Assembly (NCBI GenBank): GCA_041659405.1
Contig: JBAZYK010000004.1
Coordinates: 30,001-62,000, forward strand
DNA length: 32,000 bases
Source: Candidatus Altimarinota bacterium
GTDB lineage: Bacteria > Patescibacteriota > Gracilibacteria > UBA1369
Reading direction: 5' to 3'
The translations under genes were made by a program, and so were the position numbers. Below are positions 26,368 through 32,000 of this stretch, piece after piece (positions within the stretch are counted from its first letter, which is position 1; the number at the start of each line of letters is the position of its first letter). The notes under the pieces are model-generated. The model made no database searches, was not told where the DNA came from, and saw only the letters and a program-made list of their open reading frames with translations.

Positions 26368-26395
26368 ATTATAAATGAAATTGCAAAAATGTCAA
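26368..26395 (-). promoter_or_regulatory. Near-consensus sigma70 promoter (TTGACA-N16-TATAAT)
   Basis: The minus strand has TTGACA at 26395-26390 and TATAAT at 26373-26368, about 28 nt upstream of the small-ORF ATG. It could also serve dprA. Confidence 0.6.
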
Positions 26396-26534
26396 CGTCT
26401 TCGCATCGATCTAGAATCTAAGTCGCAAAAAAGAAATGAAAAGTCCGGTTTTTCCGGCAGTTGAATAATGGCTTGATGTCAGCGATTTTCCCCAATTGTC
26501 GTTCCGGGAAGAGATTTAGCTGATTTGATGGCCT

Positions 26535-27605
26535 CTACTCCTCAAATTCCAGCGTTTTTCCTTTCTTGAAATGCCCCTGACTTACCAGTCTTACACCCGG
26601 CTTTTTGCTGACTTCGCCAATGATTCGCGCTTGGATGCCATGTTTTTTCATTGTCGCAGCGATTTTTTCAAATTCGTTGCTCACAATTGTCATACCAATT
26701 CCCATATTCCAAACCTCATAAGCTTCACGATCTTCCACTTTTCCAAATTCCTGCAAGCGCGTCATCATCTCGTGCGCTGGCCATAAATCGGTTAAATCCG
26801 CGCCATATTTGCCCAAAACTCGCACAACATTTCCGGGAAGTCCGCCGCCTGTAATGTGCGCCAAAGCCTTAATATTGCAAACGCGTTTCTCGCCAAATCG
26901 GCCCAAAAGTTCCAACAAAGCCGCTGAATAAATAATTGACGGCGTTAAAACCGCTTCGCCCCATGTTTTCCCTCCTTCAAACTTTTTCTCCGCCCACTTC
27001 GCTCCAAATTTTTTCTGCAAAACGTGTCTAACCAACGCAAAGCCATTAGACCTAAATCCGGGGCTTCGCAAGCCAATAATCGGGTCTCCCGGTTTCACAT
27101 CTTTTCCCAAAATAAATTTCTCTTTTTCCACAATCCCAATCGCGCTGGAATTCCACATATTTCCTTTTACCATGTCCGGCATTTCGCCAATTTCACCACC
27201 GGGGATCACCACTTTTTGCTCCAAACAAGCCTTCTCCAAGCCTTTAAGTAACGGCCCAACAACTTTGTCGTCAACTTTACTTGTATCAATTGTATTTGTA
27301 ATCGCCAAAGTTTCCGCGCCCACGCAAACCGCATCGTCCGCTACCATAGCCAACAAATCATAACCAAGTGTGTCATATTTCCCCACTGCCGCGCCAACCA
27401 TCATCTTAGAGCCAATACCATCCGAATTAAAAACCATGTAATAATCGCCAAAATCCAACGCGCCCGTAAATCCGCCTTCAATATTCACCGGCATACCAAT
27501 CATTCCTTTGCGTCCGATGAACGTTTTTTTGGCTGCGGCATAAGCAAGTGCGGAACACTTATCACCCATGGAAATATCAACGCCGGCTTGTTTATAAGTT
27601 GTCAT
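26535..27605 (-). CDS. purM: Phosphoribosylformylglycinamidine cyclo-ligase (AIR synthetase) PurM
   Basis: PurM signature N-terminus (TYKQAGVDISMGD), DGIGSK, and AIRS N- and C-domain organisation. Length is 356 aa. Confidence 0.88.
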   Translation of the reverse strand: MTTYKQAGVDISMGDKCSALAYAAAKKTFIGRKGMIGMPVNIEGGFTGALDFGDYYMVFNSDGIGSKMMVGAAVGKYDTLGYDLLAMVADDAVCVGAETLAITNTIDTSKVDDKVVGPLLKGLEKACLEQKVVIPGGEIGEMPDMVKGNMWNSSAIGIVEKEKFILGKDVKPGDPIIGLRSPGFRSNGFALVRHVLQKKFGAKWAEKKFEGGKTWGEAVLTPSIIYSAALLELLGRFGEKRVCNIKALAHITGGGLPGNVVRVLGKYGADLTDLWPAHEMMTRLQEFGKVEDREAYEVWNMGIGMTIVSNEFEKIAATMKKHGIQARIIGEVSKKPGVRLVSQGHFKKGKTLEFEE

Positions 27606-27656
27606 ATTGTAAGAAATTAAAAGTGCTTATCGTATCGAATGCAGTGGCTTGTGCCG

Positions 27657-28364
27657 CTAAGAAATAGCTAAATGAATCTGTTTTGCTTGTGTGTGATAAC
27701 CACTTTGTTGAAGATCGCTCGTCACTTTTCCACCGGCAATTTTCACCACTCTTTTCTTGATCAGGTCGACCAAAGCCACATTATGGGTAGTCAAAATCAC
27801 CGTAATGCCATCTTTATTTATTTTCAACAAAAGTTCAATGATTTCTTTGCCTGTTTTTGGGTCAAGATTTCCCGTTGGTTCATCAGCAACAATCAAACGT
27901 GGATGATGGACCAACGCTCTGGCAATGGCTGTCCTCTGACGTTCTCCGCCCGAAAGCTGACTTGGAAAACGTTTCGCAAATTCAGTTAGCCCAACATACT
28001 CCAAAATTTCCGGCACACGTTTTTTGATTTCACTATCTTCATATCCGCATACCTCCATCGCAAAAGCCACATTTTCATACACGGTTTTTTGCGGAAGCAA
28101 TTTATAATCCTGAAAAACCACGCCGATTCTGCGTCTAAAAAACTGCAACTCGCGATCATCCATGGTGTTAATTGTGTAGCCATCAACAATTATTTTTCCA
28201 TGCTCGATTTTTTCCGCACCCATCAAAATATAAACCAGAGTCGATTTTCCGGCTCCGGAAGGCCCAATCACCGAAACAAATTCGCCTGTCGAAATTTGCA
28301 AATTCAGTTTATCCAAAACCACGGTGCGCCCATATTTTTTTGAAACATTTTCGAATGAAATCAT
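27657..28364 (-). CDS. ftsE: Cell-division ABC ATPase FtsE
   Basis: MISFENVSKKYG...GPSGAGKST, signature LSGGERQR and Walker B LIVADEPTGNLD. The N-terminus and length are FtsE-like. No ftsX is adjacent. Confidence 0.85.
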   Translation of the reverse strand: MISFENVSKKYGRTVVLDKLNLQISTGEFVSVIGPSGAGKSTLVYILMGAEKIEHGKIIVDGYTINTMDDRELQFFRRRIGVVFQDYKLLPQKTVYENVAFAMEVCGYEDSEIKKRVPEILEYVGLTEFAKRFPSQLSGGERQRTAIARALVHHPRLIVADEPTGNLDPKTGKEIIELLLKINKDGITVILTTHNVALVDLIKKRVVKIAGGKVTSDLQQSGYHTQAKQIHLAIS

Positions 28365-28366
28365 AA

Positions 28367-28617
28367 GAGGCTTGAGTAAGCGCCAAAGCGAGCTCGTGCG
28401 AACAAAAACCTTGGTCGAGCCAAATGCCGAGCCTGAGCAACCACACTATAACAACCGCCCGCAAAACTGTCCACGATTTATCTGCGCGCGAACACCGGCG
28501 GGGACTTTCTATGGCAAGCAAGGGCATAATCAAACACGGGGGATCATACGCTTTTTCCTTTGAGAAAGTTTGGTCGAGCGCGAAGCATCCGGGCAACCAG
28601 CTCCGCCGACTCAACCG
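28367..28617 (-). ncRNA. GC-rich structured region: candidate ncRNA or long cis-regulatory leader of ftsE-purM
   Basis: About 270 nt between genes, much more GC-rich than its surroundings, with only implausible ORFs. A long-range helix can form between GGUUGAGU..GCGGAGCU near the 5' end and AGCUCGC..ACUCAAGCC near the 3' end. A candidate promoter, TTGCGG-N18-TAGCTT (28649-28620), lies just upstream of the 5' arm. Confidence 0.35.
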
Positions 28618-28638
28618 ACAAGCTATTTTCTCCACGGT

Positions 28639-29871
28639 CTAAGCCGCAATAGCCAATGCTCTTTTTTGCTGATATTTCTGATCAATCGAATGCGCGATTT
28701 CGTGATGTTGTTCGCAAAATGGAGCCAGAAAGCGAGGATCGTTGTTACGGGAGAGTGTGAATCTTTGCGTATGGTGAATGGTCGTAGCCGGCTTGTTACA
28801 GCCAGGAATTGAGCATTTATCGCCATGTTCTTTCTTGAGCAGATTTTTAATTTTTACGTTGATGTAGTGGGACGGCTTTTTTGTGGGCAGTTCGCTTTTA
28901 GATTTTTCCTGAGCGCTGGCAGCCTGTTTTTTCGTATCCATTGCCTGTTGTTGCATTAGCTGCGCCTTCACTATTTCTTCGCCAATTTGTTCTTTTTCCA
29001 TTGCGATTTCTTCGTCGCGCTTTTGCAGAAGTTCGAGCATAATTTGATTGATGTCGAGACCTTTTTCATCGAGCTCTTTTAATTTTTCTTTGAGTTCCGG
29101 CGAAAATTTTTCGAGCAATTTGACATCCTCGAAAAGATCTGTCGTTTGCGTGTGCACGTGCACAGATTTGTGATCAAATAATGGCTCCTGTAAGCCGTTT
29201 GCATTTTCAGGTGAGCCTTTTTTATTTTCCGGCTCGCCGTTTTGAATTAAAATTCGCAGTTGGATTTGGCTTGAGTTTTGATTTCCTACACCTATGGAAT
29301 TTTGCAAATTATTATTTAGTGTTTCTTGGGCGAATTTTTCATCTTTCACTAAAGTCTCAAGTGCACGATTCGAAAGTATTTTTGCCTGGTTTGCCAAAAA
29401 TTCCTGATTTTCCGGAGTTGCGATTGAAGCGATTCTTGCAAGCTTGTTTGCGCTGACTTCGCCATTCAACAACAAATTTTTCAGAACCGGTTTGTCTTCA
29501 AATTTTTGCTCCAAATTGAGCACGCGACGAACTTGTTCTTCGCTCATGCCTGCGAGTTTTTTGGCAAAAACAAAAATTGATTCAAAACCTTTGCGCTCGT
29601 ACAAGCGTCTTTTGAGCACTTCCGGCAACAGACCCGCAAATTTCTGCCGCCAGATTCTGGCTTGCTCTCCGTATTTTTGGCAGAGTGAAAACAGTTCCCA
29701 ATCGTTGAGACTTGTGATTTTTTGGTCGTCGATTTTGGCGAAATTCAACTGATTGCTGTCCATTTTTTTTGCAAAGCTCAAGCCATTTTTAGCAAAATCT
29801 TGCCGACCGTCCATCTGCCTGGTAGCCATTTTGTTAAAAACATTTGTTGAATTTTTATTTTCTGCGATCAT
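28639..29871 (-). CDS. HNH endonuclease-domain protein (DUF222/REP13E12-like architecture)
   Basis: 410 aa. The C-terminal HNH motif is CSIPGCNKPATTIHHTQRF...NDPRFLAPFCEQHHEIAH. The long helical N-terminal region resembles DUF222-type proteins. Degraded paralogous fragments occur at 1-690. Confidence 0.75.
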   Translation of the reverse strand: MIAENKNSTNVFNKMATRQMDGRQDFAKNGLSFAKKMDSNQLNFAKIDDQKITSLNDWELFSLCQKYGEQARIWRQKFAGLLPEVLKRRLYERKGFESIFVFAKKLAGMSEEQVRRVLNLEQKFEDKPVLKNLLLNGEVSANKLARIASIATPENQEFLANQAKILSNRALETLVKDEKFAQETLNNNLQNSIGVGNQNSSQIQLRILIQNGEPENKKGSPENANGLQEPLFDHKSVHVHTQTTDLFEDVKLLEKFSPELKEKLKELDEKGLDINQIMLELLQKRDEEIAMEKEQIGEEIVKAQLMQQQAMDTKKQAASAQEKSKSELPTKKPSHYINVKIKNLLKKEHGDKCSIPGCNKPATTIHHTQRFTLSRNNDPRFLAPFCEQHHEIAHSIDQKYQQKRALAIAA

Positions 29872-30150
29872 AAAAAAAATCGGTTAAAGAATAGTCGTAA
29901 TGTCGCTTGAACAAGGCCAAACATTACTGCTCATCCGGGTGATGAGCGTCAATAACCAAAGGGGGTAAACTGCGGTCTGTACGAATTCCGACCGAAATCC
30001 ATGTGTCGACTTTTCCGCTGGGACTTCCCGCGAAAAGCCGATCAAAAAAATATTGTTAATGAATGCGAAGATTTCCGCATCCATGTTCACCAAAACTCTA
30101 GCAAATGCAGATCAAAAAATCTAATTTTATGTCTTGAAATTCGCCGAAAA

Positions 30151-30285
30151 GTGCAGTGTAATATTACAGTGATTTAGCGCTAGAACTAAGCCAAAAAACG
30201 CCTATTGCGATTCAGACATTTCGTGATGTAATATTACATGATTTTGTTCCTCGTTTCGTGATGTAATATTACGCGATTTTATTGC
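30151..30285 (+). repeat. Cluster of three TGTAATATTAC[AG] palindrome-containing repeats
   Basis: tgtaatattaca at 30157-30168 and 30227-30238, and tgtaatattacg at 30262-30273. The last two sit in 27-nt direct repeats, tttcgtgatgtaatattac[at/gc]gatttt (30219-30245 and 30254-30280). Confidence 0.75.
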
Positions 30286-30455
30286 TCACCCCACGACGAA
30301 ACACCACGACATTGTTACTTATTTCATGACGAAACATTTCATGTAATTTTGCATCTACTAAAATTCGCATCGCCAACGTTCGCATCGCCCATCAATTCTC
30401 GCCAACTTCCAATCCTCCCGCCGACCCCCAATAATATCATTTCCCCGCCGCCCAC

Positions 30456-31457
30456 CTACCGATGAAACTTATCATGCACTTCCTTCAAGCGCTTATTCGT
30501 CACATGCGTGTAGATTTGCGTGGTTGTGATTGAAGAATGCCCCAGCATTTCCTGCACCGAACGGATATCTGCGCCATTAACCAGCATTTCCGTGGCAAAA
30601 GAATGCCGCAAAACGTGTGGAGTAACTTTTTTTATGATTCCCGCCCTTCGCGCATATTGCCGCACCAAATACTCGATCATCACCGTACTTAAACGCCTTT
30701 TTTCGCCCGAAGTAATATCTTCGGCTGACCATTCGGTATCGCTTCCATCGCGCCTTCCACTTCTCGCATGCCGATAATTCAAAAACAACGGCTCAAAATT
30801 ATCATCGCGCATCTTTAAATAAGCTTCAATTGCCACCACCGCGTTCGCAGACAAAAACACAATCCTCGGTTTTTTGCCCTTTCCTCTAACCATAAATTCG
30901 CGTCGCACCAGGTCCACCTGTGAACGATTCAAACTCGCCAATTCACTCACGCGCAAACCCGTAGAATACAAAGTTTCCATAATGGCCATGTCCCGCAAAG
31001 CCTGAACTTTGGCCGTTCCACTGACTTTTCTTGAACCATTTAACACCGCCCCAAGCCCTTTATTGACCTCTTCAAAAAGTCGCTCCAGTTCCTCGCGAGT
31101 CAAAAATTCTACAGTCCGTTCCGGAATTTTGCCGAGTTCAATTTTCTCTGGAGCAAGCGTTTCAATATCATTTTTGATGCAGTATTTCAAAAAAGCCCGC
31201 AACGCAATTACATGATAATTCTGAGTTTTGGTACTCAAAAGTTGCTGCCCTTTTTCGTCGACTAATCTGTTCAAATAAAGCCGATAAGCCTGAACTTTTT
31301 CCAGCGTGATGTCTTTAGGCGTGAAATCCTCTTTCCCCCCAGCCCAAGCCGCAAATCGCCCCAAATAATGACGGTAATTTTCAATCGTTTTCCTGGATTG
31401 ATTTTTGCCAATCTCGGCATGTTCCAAAAATCGTGTAATTATTTCCGCAAGTGTCAT
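30456..31457 (-). CDS. xerC: Tyrosine site-specific recombinase, XerC/XerD family
   Basis: N-terminal SAM-like core-binding domain. Catalytic residues are present in context: GLRVSEL (Arg), HVLRHSFAT (His-x-x-Arg), GHSSITTTQIYTHV (His, Tyr). The start is set at the ATG at 31457, because the ORF-track start is a TTG one codon upstream. The C versus D assignment is not resolvable. Confidence 0.85.
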   Translation of the reverse strand: MTLAEIITRFLEHAEIGKNQSRKTIENYRHYLGRFAAWAGGKEDFTPKDITLEKVQAYRLYLNRLVDEKGQQLLSTKTQNYHVIALRAFLKYCIKNDIETLAPEKIELGKIPERTVEFLTREELERLFEEVNKGLGAVLNGSRKVSGTAKVQALRDMAIMETLYSTGLRVSELASLNRSQVDLVRREFMVRGKGKKPRIVFLSANAVVAIEAYLKMRDDNFEPLFLNYRHARSGRRDGSDTEWSAEDITSGEKRRLSTVMIEYLVRQYARRAGIIKKVTPHVLRHSFATEMLVNGADIRSVQEMLGHSSITTTQIYTHVTNKRLKEVHDKFHR

Positions 31458-31610
31458 CAAGCAAAATTTTTAAGATCTTTTTTCTGTCACATCATATCTT
31501 AAATCTTCAAATTTTTCTGTATCTTGTACTTCTGCCCAGTCCGATCCGCTCTCTAATCATATACTCTAACTATATAAGATTATATAAGATTACCGGCAAA
31601 GATTCATGCA

Positions 31611-31644
31611 AAAAAAGCCCGGAGGTTTTAATTCCGGGCTTTTC
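31611..31644 (-). terminator. Intrinsic (potentially bidirectional) terminator
   Basis: AAGCCCGGA-N9-TCCGGGCTT stem flanked by A6 on one side and T4 on the other. On the minus strand it is followed by T7 and terminates the partial gene ending at 31719. Confidence 0.7.
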
Positions 31645-31718
31645 AATCTTAGATTTACGCGCGCTTGTGTTTACGCGCGAAGTTCCCACTTTTCCCGCAC
31701 ACCATGCGTCTCCACCAT

Positions 31719-32000
31719 TTACGGTCTAATCGCGTTCATAATAATTTTCAACATTTCCGCATTGGTAATTGGATCTTCCGGAGCGAAAATATGAGGAGCC
31801 TTTCCCTGGAAAATTGTTGGGTTGTAATCCCATAATGAACGGAAGTACTGGCCTTCCCAATCAGCATTAATGTCTGTAGCAATGTTATTCGGTGCGCCGG
31901 TTCCACAACTCCAATGCCACTGTGCATGATAATAACATTCAGCAGGAGTTCTTAAGTGAAAAGTCGGATCCTTATATTTGATCATCTTGGCAAGAATTGA
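31719..32000 (-). CDS. Hypothetical protein, C-terminal part (ORF open to the window edge)
   Basis: The frame stays open from the window end to the stop at 31719. The product is Trp/His/Cys-containing (AECYYHAQWHWSCGTGAPNN...). A terminator lies downstream. No family was recognised. Confidence 0.4.
   Translation of the reverse strand, partial: SILAKMIKYKDPTFHLRTPAECYYHAQWHWSCGTGAPNNIATDINADWEGQYFRSLWDYNPTIFQGKAPHIFAPEDPITNAEMLKIIMNAIRP

Noticed and set aside
28365-28638. RNase P RNA, suggested by an AGAAAGUCCCC string (CR-I-like GAAAGUCC) and a nearby ACAG on the minus strand
   Set aside because: The two putative P4 strands are only about 40 nt apart. No S-domain or other conserved regions were found (GGUAAGAGCGCACC-like, ACAGAAxCCGGCUUA). 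Only about 135 nt remain before the well-supported ftsE start. I also found no SRP (GGAAGCAGC), tmRNA (T-arm plus CCACCA) or purine-riboswitch cores. It is kept only as an unclassified candidate.
30151-30285. CRISPR array, suggested by three similar palindromic repeats
   Set aside because: There are only three copies, with irregular spacing (about 58 and 23 nt between cores). The repeats are short and AT-rich, and no cas genes are present. The pattern fits protein-binding or recombination sites better.
15787-31457. Large integrated element bounded by the tRNA-Ser att-like duplication and the tyrosine recombinase
   Set aside because: The interval is filled with core housekeeping genes (recA, recX, nusA, pilB, dprA, purM, ftsE, ctp, ymdB). 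The recombinase has typical XerC/D features. The duplicated tRNA ends are only 99 bp apart.
1-32000. Alternative genetic code (UGA recoding, as in some candidate phyla)
   Set aside because: Well-conserved proteins terminate at their expected lengths. TGA serves as a stop (for example the HD-domain gene at 15594-15596). No conserved gene is interrupted by an in-frame TGA.

Overview
This looks like a 32-kb chromosomal segment of a compact, AT-leaning bacterial genome using the standard genetic code (UGA works as a stop). No start codon inspected has a recognisable Shine-Dalgarno sequence. The gene content resembles an uncultivated, reduced lineage such as CPR/Patescibacteria, but that is inference only, since no database search was possible.

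Contents, left to right:
- decayed fragments of an HNH-nuclease gene family
- tRNA-Cys
- two tandem, very large, Thr/Ala/Gly/Val-rich surface proteins, each ending in three SLH domains (probable S-layer or envelope proteins)
- tRNA-Ser(GCU)
- a GerMN-like lipoprotein, an EamA transporter and a nitroreductase
- a cytoplasmic multi-PAS/GAF histidine kinase
- a divergent HD-domain (SpoT-like) protein
- tRNA-Ser(UGA) followed by a duplicated 3' end or pseudo-tRNA
- a YafQ/RelE-type toxin with a DinJ/RelB-type antitoxin
- a receiver-less OmpR-type winged-helix protein
- an S41 protease and ymdB
- recA, recX, nusA, pilB/gspE, dprA, purM and ftsE
- an intact HNH (DUF222-like) nuclease and a Xer-type tyrosine recombinase
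- a partial ORF at the right edge

No rRNA, CRISPR array or clear prophage was seen.

Most noteworthy non-genic signals:
- a perfect 18-bp palindrome filling the recA promoter spacer
- a roughly 150-200 bp repeat family beside all three tRNA genes, carrying a frame-preserved mini-ORF
- a conserved GC-rich leader upstream of both tRNA-Ser genes, with compensatory hairpin changes between the copies
- a roughly 250-nt GC-rich structured region upstream of ftsE
- an iteron-like cluster of TGTAATATTACA palindromes next to the recombinase
- mosaic, apparently gene-converted repeats in the two surface-protein genes
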